Shown here: piece by piece, positions 8,054 through 17,868 of the stretch
How positions within the stretch are numbered: the first letter of the stretch is position 1
Layout of the letters: each line of letters starts with the position of its first letter
NCBI GenBank assembly: GCA_002335495.1
Contig: DDBW01000006.1
Location: 72-64,071, forward strand
DNA from: Candidatus Dojkabacteria bacterium UBA2022
Lineage (GTDB): Bacteria > Patescibacteriota > Dojkabacteria > SC72
DNA length: 64,000 nucleotides
Direction of reading: 5' to 3'
Made by a program: the position numbers and the translations under genes
Notes under the pieces: generated by a model
What the model saw: the letters and a program-made list of their open reading frames with translations, nothing else
Told to the model about the DNA's origin: nothing
Database searches by the model: none

Positions 8054-9930
8054 GCTTCTTTCTCAATCTCTAAATAAGCTTTGTAACCTTCTTCTATTAT
8101 CTCTGAAACACTTTTGTTGTTTATAAGTGCAGATCTTATTGCTGCATTTACACCCATCAATAGCATAAATTTTCTATGTGAGATTACTTTCTCTTTTGCG
8201 TCTCTCAGCAGTTTCTCTCTAACTAGAGAAACACGCACTGTTTTTCGCGGATCTTCTTTTCTTCCGTCTGCTAAATTACTCTGAGCATACATACTGTCCG
8301 CGTAGTTTACTGCGTTTAGGTAATCCACAGGTTTGGTCCTAAATCTTGCAGTTCTTATTGCTCCTGATGGAGTTTCAATCTTTGCATCTGCTGTGTTCAC
8401 TCTTAATGTTAGTGCTGATGTAAAAACTGCTCCTTTTAATTTTGTCGATACAAAGGAAGTTTGGTCGGGACCTTTTGAGACCAGGTTTGCATCCTCCTCA
8501 TATGTTGTTTCAAGAACTTTTCTTGGGATGGGATCGGTGTATGCAAACATAAAGCATCCGGTACTTATTCCTTTCTTTGATTGCTCAAACTCAAGTTTAA
8601 GTGTGTTTGCAGTTTCTGCAAGGGCCTGATCTACGGGTATACTAAGGGATGTGAGTAATACTTCTTGAAATTCTTTTATAGAAGAAATCTTTTTGCTAGG
8701 AAGGTTTGATATCTTCTCGTCAATTACTCTTTTCAACTGATGGAGTTTAGCGGGAGCGACAACCCATGCGGTTTGTAATTCGGCTGGAGGGGCTTTTTCA
8801 GGATCTCCTTCTTTTCTTTCGAGGTTTGAAATAGTGCTATCGTCTGGGTCTACGCAAACATATCCTGATCTTTCGTTATTCACGACTTGCCATCCCAGAT
8901 TGCTTGCAGCTGAAGCATATAGTTTAGGTTTAACTGACTTTCGCAGGTCGTTTCTAAATCTCTCTTCGAGTGGGGGGATTTTGTAGGGAACTCTTATATC
9001 TAAAATAGGTACTTTAATGCTTTTTTTATATGTGATTTCAGTCTCTCTGATTATTTCGGGAGGTCTAATTGGTCTATCCTCACTCTCAATATTACATTCT
9101 TCAAACATCTTTTCTGCAAAATCTACTCCGGGTCTCCCATTTATATTAAAGTGAGGGTGCATGAAAATTATTCGATCGACTTTTCCCTTTGCATTCTTTA
9201 AAATGACGATTCTTACTGCTGGCTGCTTTTCTGCAATCTCTTTATAATTTCGTGCTTTGTTAAGATCTAGATTCCCAACAACCATAACTTCGAAGGCTTT
9301 ATTTTCTGATTTTGTTAGATCGGTTCTTATACCTTGCATTTCTTCATCAGCCCTTTTTTGATGTTTTCCATCTGTAAATTTCACTCCTAACTCTACGAAT
9401 TGTTTTTTTGTCTCATCATCTTTATGTTGCCCTAATATCTTTAACCATTTATCTCTGTACTTATCTGAATTCCTCTCCTCAAATGATCCCTCCATTTTAT
9501 TTTGCTGATGAATTCTCCTTAGTCCTTGTTCATTCTCAGCTTTATACTTTTCGATTGCTATCGATAAATTTTTAACGAGTTCTTCCGGATCTACTTCACC
9601 AGCCACTGGGACATCTAAGTCCCAAACTCCAGCTTCACCACCTACATGCTCAGAAGGCTGCCCTTCCTTTTTTGCATATGCCGCCTCATAGGGAAACATC
9701 TCTTTAAAGGCATTTCTAGATGAACCAACCCCTCCGGACATCTCTAATCCAACGTTTATTGCCTTTTCTTTAAATTTATTAGTTATTGTTACTCCATATC
9801 CTGCAGCTAAAGAAAGAGATGTGGCGACCATTAAGCTCTTTTCAGCTTTTATACCCGGAACATCTAATGTCCCAGGTTGTGGTGGATGTCCAAATGAGCT
9901 ATCTGCGCCACTTAAAAACGGAATCCTCAT
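8050..9930 (-). CDS. Large conserved hypothetical protein (626 aa), no family recognised
   Basis: Long ORF with coding-like composition. Stop overlaps the start of the downstream hydrolase by 1 nt (operon). Confidence 0.5.
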   Translation of the reverse strand: MRIPFLSGADSSFGHPPQPGTLDVPGIKAEKSLMVATSLSLAAGYGVTITNKFKEKAINVGLEMSGGVGSSRNAFKEMFPYEAAYAKKEGQPSEHVGGEAGVWDLDVPVAGEVDPEELVKNLSIAIEKYKAENEQGLRRIHQQNKMEGSFEERNSDKYRDKWLKILGQHKDDETKKQFVELGVKFTDGKHQKRADEEMQGIRTDLTKSENKAFEVMVVGNLDLNKARNYKEIAEKQPAVRIVILKNAKGKVDRIIFMHPHFNINGRPGVDFAEKMFEECNIESEDRPIRPPEIIRETEITYKKSIKVPILDIRVPYKIPPLEERFRNDLRKSVKPKLYASAASNLGWQVVNNERSGYVCVDPDDSTISNLERKEGDPEKAPPAELQTAWVVAPAKLHQLKRVIDEKISNLPSKKISSIKEFQEVLLTSLSIPVDQALAETANTLKLEFEQSKKGISTGCFMFAYTDPIPRKVLETTYEEDANLVSKGPDQTSFVSTKLKGAVFTSALTLRVNTADAKIETPSGAIRTARFRTKPVDYLNAVNYADSMYAQSNLADGRKEDPRKTVRVSLVREKLLRDAKEKVISHRKFMLLMGVNAAIRSALINNKSVSEIIEEGYKAYLEIEKEA

Positions 9931-9931
9931 T

Positions 9932-10708
9932 TTAAATCTCTCCTATTCTCTTAATTAAATCTACTAATGCCCTAATATTACTATCTATATTACCATCTCT
10001 TAAGAATGCATGGGGAACGGTATTTATTTCAATGTACTCACCTTTGTTCTTTTCAGGGGTATTATTATAGAAAGATTTAGTTGATTCTACGCTTATTCTT
10101 GTTAGTAATCCTTCATGATCAATCCCTCTAAATTCAGGATCAACATACTGATTACCTTTGGAGTTTCTGATTGTGAAAGGAGTCACATATACTTTGGTGT
10201 TTGAAGTAATACTTTTCATCAAAGACGATAGAGTAGGAAATTGGGGCTTGTAGTCGTGGTTACCTGTCCACTCCCCATCCTTAGTTGATTGTCCTTCCTT
10301 TGTTACGTAGTAGTTGGCTGGATCTAAATATATAGCTTTGGAGATACGACTAGATACCAGGTCTAACAGGGCATATGTTGTTGGTATCGATCCCGCACTG
10401 GTGCATGCTAGAATGATTTCTGAAGTTCGATATTTATTCGAGAAATATTTAATAACTTCAATTGCCTCATTGATAGCATACTTGTATTTCTCGTTTGCTC
10501 TAAAATCTCCTTCCATTGATGAATAATCGAAGGATACCAGAGGGCAAGAAATAGAATTGGCTAGTACTGTGTTAAATGGTATTAAATACTCTTTATCGTC
10601 GCCGTCTCCACCTATAAAAATCAATATTTTGTCAAAACTTTTATCCTCGTTATATAGATCGATTGCTATATTTTTATTTTCTCTACTTTTTATCGTAAAT
10701 GTGTTCAT
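9932..10708 (-). CDS. alpha/beta-hydrolase-fold protein (variant nucleophile elbow)
   Basis: 258 aa; ILACTSAGS elbow-like motif; co-directional and abutting the 626-aa gene. Confidence 0.45.
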   Translation of the reverse strand: MNTFTIKSRENKNIAIDLYNEDKSFDKILIFIGGDGDDKEYLIPFNTVLANSISCPLVSFDYSSMEGDFRANEKYKYAINEAIEVIKYFSNKYRTSEIILACTSAGSIPTTYALLDLVSSRISKAIYLDPANYYVTKEGQSTKDGEWTGNHDYKPQFPTLSSLMKSITSNTKVYVTPFTIRNSKGNQYVDPEFRGIDHEGLLTRISVESTKSFYNNTPEKNKGEYIEINTVPHAFLRDGNIDSNIRALVDLIKRIGEI

Positions 10709-10749
10709 AATATACAGAATATTACGTTATTCTTCTTTAATCAATAATG

Positions 10750-10778
10750 TTGACTATTACGTAACGTAATAGTATAAC
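10750..10778 (+). promoter_or_regulatory. MerR-type promoter: TTGACT -35, 17-nt spacer filled by a 19-bp palindrome, TATAAC -10; transcript probably leaderless
   Basis: TTGACT-attacgtaacgtaatag-TATAAC. Palindrome CTATTACGT-A-ACGTAATAG. ATG of the MerR-family gene lies 7 nt after the -10. Confidence 0.45.
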
Positions 10779-10785
10779 CTCGGTT

Positions 10786-11529
10786 ATGTATTCAATTAAA
10801 GAATTTGCAAAATTAAATGGAGTTACAGTGAGAACTTTACAGTTCTACGACCGTATAGGCATTTTAAAAGCTAACTACGTTAATGAGAAACACTATCGAT
10901 TCTATACTATAGATTCCATTGGCATTCTCAAACAAATTCTCGTTCTAAAGGAGATAGGCTTGAGTTTGAGGGAAATGAAGGATGTTATCGGAAACCAAGA
11001 TAAGTTTAGGAAGGTAGTAGAAGAACGAAAGGAAAATATTGTTGAGAAGATTAGATTATTGAATCTCACCTTAAATGATTTGAATAAATTTTTAGAAACT
11101 AAAAGTATGAGTAGTTTTGATATTGAAGAGCAAATTGAAGAGATCGAGCAGAAACGCAATGAGATGGAAGCTCGTGATAGATGGGGGCATACTGATGCAT
11201 ACCGTCAATCTATGGAGAAGTACTCAAAAATGAGCAAGTCTGATCTTGAAAGGATAAAAAAAGAAGGAAAGGAGATTATGGAGGATTTTGCAGCCTTAAT
11301 GAGAGAAGGAATTTCTGTCGAGGATCCTAGGGTACAGGAATTGGTTGCTCAGTATCATAGGTTTATTGGTAACTTCTACGAGTGTGACTTAAATATCTTA
11401 GGGGAACTTGCTCGTATGTACACTGCAGATTTCAGGTTCACACGCACCTTTGAAAAGATTCAGGAGGGGTTAGCAAAGTATATGTCCGAAGCAATTCTTT
11501 ATTATGTACAAGTGAGGAGTAGTTTTTAG
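10786..11529 (+). CDS. MerR-family transcriptional regulator with C-terminal TipAS-like effector domain (TipAL/Mta-like)
   Basis: N-terminal MerR HTH (MYSIKEFAKLNGVTVRTLQFYDRIGIL), coiled-coil linker, C-terminal WGHTDAYRQSMEKY...TipAS-like region. Confidence 0.75.
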   Translation: MYSIKEFAKLNGVTVRTLQFYDRIGILKANYVNEKHYRFYTIDSIGILKQILVLKEIGLSLREMKDVIGNQDKFRKVVEERKENIVEKIRLLNLTLNDLNKFLETKSMSSFDIEEQIEEIEQKRNEMEARDRWGHTDAYRQSMEKYSKMSKSDLERIKKEGKEIMEDFAALMREGISVEDPRVQELVAQYHRFIGNFYECDLNILGELARMYTADFRFTRTFEKIQEGLAKYMSEAILYYVQVRSSF

Positions 11530-11575
11530 AGTATAAATTTCATACAATGGATGAATAAGTTCATTATTATTTGAG

Positions 11576-11974
11576 ATGAAATATTCATTGCCTAAAAGTA
11601 AGAGTCCTGTTTGGTTTAGATTGTTGGCTTGGATTCTCCTTTTGAATTACTCACTTTTTATCCTTAGTAGAATCATCGTCGGTGGAAATTTAGATGGTAG
11701 AGTTTTATTCTCATTCTTGATTCTCTCTATAGTTGTAACCCTTGTATATTTCTTAGGATATTTTGGAGCTAGAATCTGGGCATATACTTTTGCTTTTGCA
11801 AATATCTTTGCTCTTGGCTACTTAATGTACTCGGTTATATTTAATGTAGCAGATGGATGGACTGATCTAGCTTCATTTATAGGAATGTTGTTCTGGCTTA
11901 TTGCTGGATTTGTTCTTGGAGCTATTTTTCAGTTGGGAATCTTTATATATAGGAAGATTAGTTCAAAGAAGTAG
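11576..11974 (+). CDS. Hypothetical integral membrane protein (4 TM)
   Basis: ORF, hydrophobic segments. Confidence 0.4.
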   Translation: MKYSLPKSKSPVWFRLLAWILLLNYSLFILSRIIVGGNLDGRVLFSFLILSIVVTLVYFLGYFGARIWAYTFAFANIFALGYLMYSVIFNVADGWTDLASFIGMLFWLIAGFVLGAIFQLGIFIYRKISSKK

Positions 11975-12896
11975 CTGGATATAGGTCGTCAAATACATTC
12001 GAAAGTTTTGCGACATATAATCCATCATCTCTCTCAGAATCAAAGTTTTGCCAGTTTAGTAATGGCAAATCCCAAAGGGGAGCTGAGTCGTTAATAAGTT
12101 TGATATCTTCCTGTGACAGTGAGAACGATAGCGAGTTGATATTTTCATCTATGTGATTAATCTGTCCGGCTTTCACAAGTGTTAAATGTCCTAGATCGTA
12201 TAACCAGTTTAGGATGATCTGGTTTTGTGTTGCACCATACTTTTGTGAAAGCTCTACAAGTATTGGCCAATTTCGCAGAGCCGTTCTATTTCTTCTTAAA
12301 CCTTGATAGATAATATGCTGAATGCCTAGCTCTTTACCTCTTTGAATAATGCCGAGCTCTTCGTATACTCTGATTTCAAAATTATGGCATATTTCGTGTA
12401 GTACAATTTTATCTTTAAATATTGAGTGGAAATAATTGAGTTGCTCGAGGTTGAAATTATTTAGGCCAAGTGTTTTCGCGTATCGTTTTTCAAAGATATA
12501 TTCGATTAACTGAATTAAGCCTTCTCTTCCTAGTCTTCCTTCCATTGTGGATGAAACCATGAAAGTATCTACTTCTTTCCTTCCCATTATTTCTAAAAAC
12601 TCAAAAAAGTTTTCAATAGCATCCTCTACTGTTTGTGATTTTCCGGGATATGCACAGAACGTTAAGTATGTATCTGGGAATTCTTTTATAGCTTGTGCTA
12701 GAAGTTTAACTGCATTTCCGTTTGCGTATGTCATATAACCGACTGCATAGTTAATTCCCTTGTTTAATGCATATTTCATACTTTCAATCTGGTCTTGATC
12801 TGTAATTCCCTTCTCTTTTAGAATTTCTTCCCCAAATCCAAAGGATCCGAGTCCAATTGGAAAGAGCTCTTTTCCGCTTATGTTGATACTATTCAT
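11958..12896 (-). CDS. Aldo/keto reductase family oxidoreductase
   Basis: 312 aa; GLGSFGFGEE start; TIM-barrel AKR pattern; LNWL near C-terminus. Confidence 0.75.
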   Translation of the reverse strand: MNSINISGKELFPIGLGSFGFGEEILKEKGITDQDQIESMKYALNKGINYAVGYMTYANGNAVKLLAQAIKEFPDTYLTFCAYPGKSQTVEDAIENFFEFLEIMGRKEVDTFMVSSTMEGRLGREGLIQLIEYIFEKRYAKTLGLNNFNLEQLNYFHSIFKDKIVLHEICHNFEIRVYEELGIIQRGKELGIQHIIYQGLRRNRTALRNWPILVELSQKYGATQNQIILNWLYDLGHLTLVKAGQINHIDENINSLSFSLSQEDIKLINDSAPLWDLPLLNWQNFDSERDDGLYVAKLSNVFDDLYPATSLN

Positions 12897-12897
12897 T

Positions 12898-14244
12898 ATG
12901 GTATATTTATATATGTTTTATTCAAGAGTTTACCACAGTATAGCTATTCTTGCGCTTCTCTTTTTTCTTTTAATTTCACCCTTGAAAGTTCTTGCCCACA
13001 GTGCGGATACTTCTACCTATGCAATAATTACAATTCCTGAGAAAGCCGAGGAGTTGTTTAATGTATCTATTACAATTCCTGCTCCGTTACTTATGCTTGT
13101 TTTAGATGAGAAACTTGATACCCAGAACCCAGCAGAGGTTAAGTTTCAAAATTATAGGGAGGATATCTCAAACTATATATCAGATAATTTTAGAATCTTA
13201 AGTGGAGGAGAGTTATGTTCTGTCTCTGAAAATACGATTCCTGAACAGGATCAGAATAATGTGTTGTTTGGTACCGGTTTGATGGTTGAAAATAAATATA
13301 AGTGCGAAAAGGATGGTGAAGTTGTAATTGAAAATACTATGTTTGTGGATAGACTTCATCACACTAATTCGATTACCATCTACAAAGGCTCAACCGAAAA
13401 CCTTTTGCAGGCCTCACTCCTTACTAAGGACGTAACAAGTTTGCAGGTTGGTAATGCTGAAGTTAAGGAGGTAAAAAATGATAGTCAGAAAGCAGATTGG
13501 ATTTCGAAGTTAACGTCTCAAATAGGGGAGGTCTCCCTTTTCCCATTGATGGGTATTGTATTTCTGCTTGGTCTACTTCACACCTTAGAGGCAGGGCATA
13601 GCAAAACAATCCTAGGTGGGATGTTGGTTGATAGAAAAGTGGATATCAAACAGGCGATGGGGTATATAACAATATTTACAGTGACTCATATCGCTGATAT
13701 TGTTCTTATCGGTATCATTTTCTTAGTTGCAAATTCCTTTGTTGATGTGTATTCGCAACTCCCTTATCTTCAAATATTCTCCCTCTATGCTCTTATGTTT
13801 ATCTCTTTCTATCTGTTATTGAAGGCGGTGGTGGAATTGATCAAAGAGGGTATTCATAAGTACCAGCATAAGCATAACCATGAGCATCACCACCATCATG
13901 AACATGATCATGAGCATGAGCATGAGCACGGACATACTCATGCGGAGTATGATTCAAATACAAGTTTTGGAAAGCAGCTTCTAATGGGTTTTGTCGCCGG
14001 TCTAGCTCCTTGTCTATTTGGCTGGACTATATTTATGGCTGTGCTTTCAACGAGAAATATATGGGCATTATTTCCAGTAATTATTTCTTTCGGACTTGGA
14101 ATATTTCTTGCTCTTACAATATTTGCTTTGATAGTTCTTCGGCTTAAAAAGAGCGTACTTAAAGAAGGCAGTATTATTTCTCATCTTTCTCCAATACTTT
14201 CCTCTCTAATCCTCTTTATATACAGTTTAACTCAGATACTATAG
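12898..14244 (+). CDS. NicO/RcnA-like Ni/Co efflux permease with N-terminal extracytoplasmic domain and His-rich loop
   Basis: LHTLEAGHSKTILGG matches the RcnA HxxExGHxK signature; HKYQHKHNHEHHHHHEHDHEHEHEHGHTH loop; 6 TM. Start moved from ORF-track 12880 to the internal Met of MVYLYMF (signal-like). Confidence 0.6.
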   Translation: MVYLYMFYSRVYHSIAILALLFFLLISPLKVLAHSADTSTYAIITIPEKAEELFNVSITIPAPLLMLVLDEKLDTQNPAEVKFQNYREDISNYISDNFRILSGGELCSVSENTIPEQDQNNVLFGTGLMVENKYKCEKDGEVVIENTMFVDRLHHTNSITIYKGSTENLLQASLLTKDVTSLQVGNAEVKEVKNDSQKADWISKLTSQIGEVSLFPLMGIVFLLGLLHTLEAGHSKTILGGMLVDRKVDIKQAMGYITIFTVTHIADIVLIGIIFLVANSFVDVYSQLPYLQIFSLYALMFISFYLLLKAVVELIKEGIHKYQHKHNHEHHHHHEHDHEHEHEHGHTHAEYDSNTSFGKQLLMGFVAGLAPCLFGWTIFMAVLSTRNIWALFPVIISFGLGIFLALTIFALIVLRLKKSVLKEGSIISHLSPILSSLILFIYSLTQIL

Positions 14245-14663
14245 TGGAGGATTTGGTATTAGTCCGTCTTACCAATATAGAGTTTGATAAGGTTTTAAAC
14301 ATGGGGGTAGGGGAGGTATTTAATCATGTTAATTTGCTTCATGGGGCTACAATGATGAGGGTTGATTCAAGTAAATTTCAGTATGGTATTAGGATTGTTA
14401 AAAACGGTGTTTACGGCAATGGCGATGCAGTTAATACTCCCCCAGAACTCGATTACAGTAAACTAATTAAGTTGGAGTTATTAAATATTAAGGATGGGTT
14501 TGAGGTTAAAGGTAATTATGATTTTGAGAACCTACTACTACATGACGATAGAGGAATCGTTGAATCATTGTATGCAAGGTACCATCCGGTTATAGGAATT
14601 ACTAAAGGAGAGCTTTTAGATATGAAATTTTATGTAAGGAGGTTTAGAATACTAGCCTTTTAG
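14244..14663 (+). CDS. Hypothetical protein
   Basis: ORF only. Confidence 0.35.
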   Translation: MEDLVLVRLTNIEFDKVLNMGVGEVFNHVNLLHGATMMRVDSSKFQYGIRIVKNGVYGNGDAVNTPPELDYSKLIKLELLNIKDGFEVKGNYDFENLLLHDDRGIVESLYARYHPVIGITKGELLDMKFYVRRFRILAF

Positions 14664-15029
14664 TGCCTCTTTAAATGCGGTTTGTATGGCTCCTTCTTCC
14701 TCTGGTGTTACAGGTTCAATACTTAATAGATCAAACCATGTTTTACTATTCTCCCAATGTTCTTGAATCGTTGTTGCGAGTGTCCAAGCGTTCTCTCTGG
14801 CTCCCTTTGCAAACTCTCGGGCTCTTGTATGTAAGCCTAAATCTTCAAATGAATATACCGTTTCATCCCTCATTATCACATTGAAAGATCTGGCAGTCGA
14901 TATCTGTGTGTCACGTACTTTTGCCACTTCGTCATTACCATCAAACACAATATGACTTTTATCCTTATATCCATCGGCCCAAAAGGCTGACTCTTTCACA
15001 TTTTTCAACTGGTAATTTGGACGCACCAT
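14652..15029 (-). CDS. Hypothetical protein
   Basis: ORF only. Confidence 0.35.
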   Translation of the reverse strand: MVRPNYQLKNVKESAFWADGYKDKSHIVFDGNDEVAKVRDTQISTARSFNVIMRDETVYSFEDLGLHTRAREFAKGARENAWTLATTIQEHWENSKTWFDLLSIEPVTPEEEGAIQTAFKEALKG

Positions 15030-15142
15030 ATTTAATATATCCTATAGTTAATTGTTTGATATTCTCTCATCCTAAACCTCTTTCTGTCAAATATATGGTG
15101 GTATAATAAATACAAAGGTTTAAATTTATAATTTCTTCTCAT

Positions 15143-16123
15143 ATGAAAATCTCTTTAACTGAACTACAAGAATTAGTTAATAAAGCTCTTGTTAAATATG
15201 GATATAACGATGAAGAGGTGAAGGTGTTAAGTGAGATTTTAATGTATGCCCAGATGCGAGGAAATAATCAAGGAATAGTAAAGCTTATTGGAAATGGAAT
15301 TCCAAAGAATATGAATGGGAAACCGTATGAAGTAGTTAAAGATACTCCAGTATCTGCTTTGGTTAATGGAAACTACACCCATGCAATGGTTGTTATGGAT
15401 GCCATAACTGACCTTGCCATTGAAAAAGCTAAAGCATCGGGAATTGGAATTGTAGGGAATAATAATACTGCTGAGTCAACTGGAGCAATTGGCTACTATG
15501 CTTCAAAAATAGCAAAAGCTGGATTTATAGGTCTTGCATTCTCATCTGCACCTTTCCAAACTACTGCTCCTCACGGTTCTACGGAGGCTCTTTTTTGTAC
15601 TAATCCTCTCGCATACGCAATTCCAATGGAAGATGGAGAGATAGTTTTTGATATGACAACCTCTGCTGTTGCATACTACGGCCTTATAGAAGCGAAAACA
15701 CAGGGTACTCTTCTTGCTGATAATTATGGGTATGATGCTGATGGTAATGACACAAATGACCCTGTAAAGATAATGGGTGGAGCTATTAAAACAATGGCAG
15801 GCCATAAAGGTTCTGGTCTGGCACTTCTAGTTCAGGTTCTTGCTGGATCATTGGTAGGAGCAGAATCATTCAATTCAAGTAGCGACAATGGTGGAAATTT
15901 GGTTATTGCTATTGATCCTAACATTCTTTCTCAGAGTGATGATTTTAAAAAGGATGTTACAAATATTGTAAAGAGAATTAAGAGCTCAAAACCTGTAAAT
16001 ACTGAAAATGAGGTTATGTATCCAGGCGAAAGAGGGAATCAAGCTACAAAGAACGTTATAGACTCAGGATATATTGAAGTCGAAGATAATCTTCTTAATG
16101 AATTAAAGAAGGTAGTAGGGTAG
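15143..16123 (+). CDS. Ldh_2-family (malate/L-lactate/L-sulfolactate-type) NAD(P)-dependent dehydrogenase
   Basis: 326 aa; AHKGSGLALLVQVLAG and overall family pattern. Confidence 0.7.
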   Translation: MKISLTELQELVNKALVKYGYNDEEVKVLSEILMYAQMRGNNQGIVKLIGNGIPKNMNGKPYEVVKDTPVSALVNGNYTHAMVVMDAITDLAIEKAKASGIGIVGNNNTAESTGAIGYYASKIAKAGFIGLAFSSAPFQTTAPHGSTEALFCTNPLAYAIPMEDGEIVFDMTTSAVAYYGLIEAKTQGTLLADNYGYDADGNDTNDPVKIMGGAIKTMAGHKGSGLALLVQVLAGSLVGAESFNSSSDNGGNLVIAIDPNILSQSDDFKKDVTNIVKRIKSSKPVNTENEVMYPGERGNQATKNVIDSGYIEVEDNLLNELKKVVG

Positions 16124-16422
16124 AGACGAAAAGGTAGATCTCACTCTTGTGTTTATAGTGTCCTGTAGTTTACTGCCATGTAGAGATATAATTGCATGCA
16201 CATGATAGACGCATTGTTACAAAATCAAAACATAATTGAAACCGCGGTAGAGGAATACCAGTTTTAATTGATACTGGGGAAAAATATGTTATTGGCCAAA
16301 TTGCTCATGTTAATCACCTCTTCGCTGCTATTGAATTGCCTAAAGGTCCTTCTTCCTCTGACTATGCAGATATACTTTCCAATACACTCTATGCACTCCC
16401 ATTCAAATATAGGGGAGTACGA

Positions 16423-16590
16423 ATGGATCAGTTATCAGATCACGCTTTAGATAATCTTTTTGCAGAACTCTTTGATAATCTTGACGATGATTTAAGAGTT
16501 GATTTACATAGTATTGCTTTTGATTTATCTACATCACCTGCAATATCGGATGGATATGCAAAACAGTTGGACAGAATTTTAAGTCTTTAA
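16423..16590 (+). CDS. Small acidic hypothetical protein (55 aa)
   Basis: Internal ATG of ORF 16336..16590 preceded by AGGGGAG SD 6 nt upstream; MDQLSDHALDNLFAELFDNLDDD. Confidence 0.3.
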   Translation: MDQLSDHALDNLFAELFDNLDDDLRVDLHSIAFDLSTSPAISDGYAKQLDRILSL

Positions 16591-16676
16591 TAATTGCTTT
16601 CCCCCTACCTCCTTCACCAACACTTCACTCATAGTGATGTAGTATGAGCTATATTTAAATTAATTCATTTATTCTA

Positions 16677-17192
16677 ATGAATAAAAAGAATTTAACTATG
16701 GCCGCAATCGCAGTTACTTCTTCTCTTGTACTCTTTGGAAGTATTTACGGAGGAAAGATCTACGCTGAATCAGCAGATAGTACAATACAAGATACCTTTA
16801 TATCTACCCTTGCTCAGAAACTGGGAGTTACAGAAGAGAAAGTTGAAACGGCTCTAACTGAAACCCGTGAGGTTATCCATGAAGAAAGAGAAACCGCACG
16901 CGAAGCTGCAATCGCTACTGCTTTAGAAAATGGAGACCTAACTCAAAAAGAGGTCGATATTCTAAACGCTATGCACGAAATACGTGAGGAAATTAGAACC
17001 AAAGCTTTACAAGCAGGTGAAAGACCTCAAAGACCAGGATCTCTAGTTGATATGGTCGATGAGTTAAATGAGGCTGGAATAAAGGTTACAGAGGAAGAAT
17101 TAGATGCCCTTCACGAGAAAATTCAAGAACTTGATCTTGGATTTGGAAGAAGAGGAGAGGGCCGTGGAATGGGTATGCATATGGGAATGTAA
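16677..17192 (+). CDS. Secreted LTXXQ-motif protein (CpxP/Spy-like periplasmic stress protein) with GMGMHMGM tail
   Basis: Signal peptide; two LTxxQ/E-like motifs (LGVTEEKVETA, DLTQKEVDIL); immediately upstream of the RR/HK pair. Confidence 0.5.
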   Translation: MNKKNLTMAAIAVTSSLVLFGSIYGGKIYAESADSTIQDTFISTLAQKLGVTEEKVETALTETREVIHEERETAREAAIATALENGDLTQKEVDILNAMHEIREEIRTKALQAGERPQRPGSLVDMVDELNEAGIKVTEEELDALHEKIQELDLGFGRRGEGRGMGMHMGM

Positions 17193-17211
17193 TTAAGGTA
17201 TATAATATGCT

Positions 17212-17868
17212 ATGAAGGTCTTAATTGTTGAAGACGAAAAAGCATTAAGAACTCCTATGAGAAAGTTCCTCGAAAAGAGGAACTTCTCAGTGGAGGAGGC
17301 AGAAGATGGAGCAACGGCTCTATCTTTAGTCGCTACAGAAACCTATGACTGTATTCTACTCGACCTTAATCTCCCTGAGATAGATGGTATTACCGTTGCT
17401 AAAAAAATCAGAGAAGAGTCCCACACTCCAATTATTATGGTTACTGCAAGATCCCAGGTATATAATAAGCTGGAGGGATTTGAAGCCGGAACGGACGATT
17501 ACATTACCAAGCCTTTTGATTTAAATGAGTTGGTTGCCCGAATTGATGCGTTAATAAGGAGGAGTAGTACTAATAAAGAGGTTGAATTGAGGTTCGGAAA
17601 GGGTCTTCTTGATGTAAATAAAAATGTTATAAGCATTGGTAGAAAGGAAGTGCTTCTTTCAAATAAAGAAACTGCACTTCTCGAGTACTTTATTCGAAAC
17701 AAGGGAAGAGTTATCTCAGCTGAAGAGCTCTTAGAACACATATGGGGAAGGGACGTTGATATGTTTTCCGATACTGTAAAAACTCACATCAAGACTTTAA
17801 GATCAAAGATAGATCCGAAGAAGAATTTAATTAAGACAATTAGAGGGAAAGGGTATTTATATGAATAG
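17212..17868 (+). CDS. OmpR-family response regulator
   Basis: Receiver domain (DLNLPEIDG, TARSQV, KPF) plus winged-helix trans_reg_C. Confidence 0.9.
   Translation: MKVLIVEDEKALRTPMRKFLEKRNFSVEEAEDGATALSLVATETYDCILLDLNLPEIDGITVAKKIREESHTPIIMVTARSQVYNKLEGFEAGTDDYITKPFDLNELVARIDALIRRSSTNKEVELRFGKGLLDVNKNVISIGRKEVLLSNKETALLEYFIRNKGRVISAEELLEHIWGRDVDMFSDTVKTHIKTLRSKIDPKKNLIKTIRGKGYLYE

Noticed and set aside
16268-16450. 60-aa ORF upstream of the small acidic protein
   Set aside because: Overlaps a better-supported SD-preceded start at 16423 in another frame; hydrophobic low-complexity translation.
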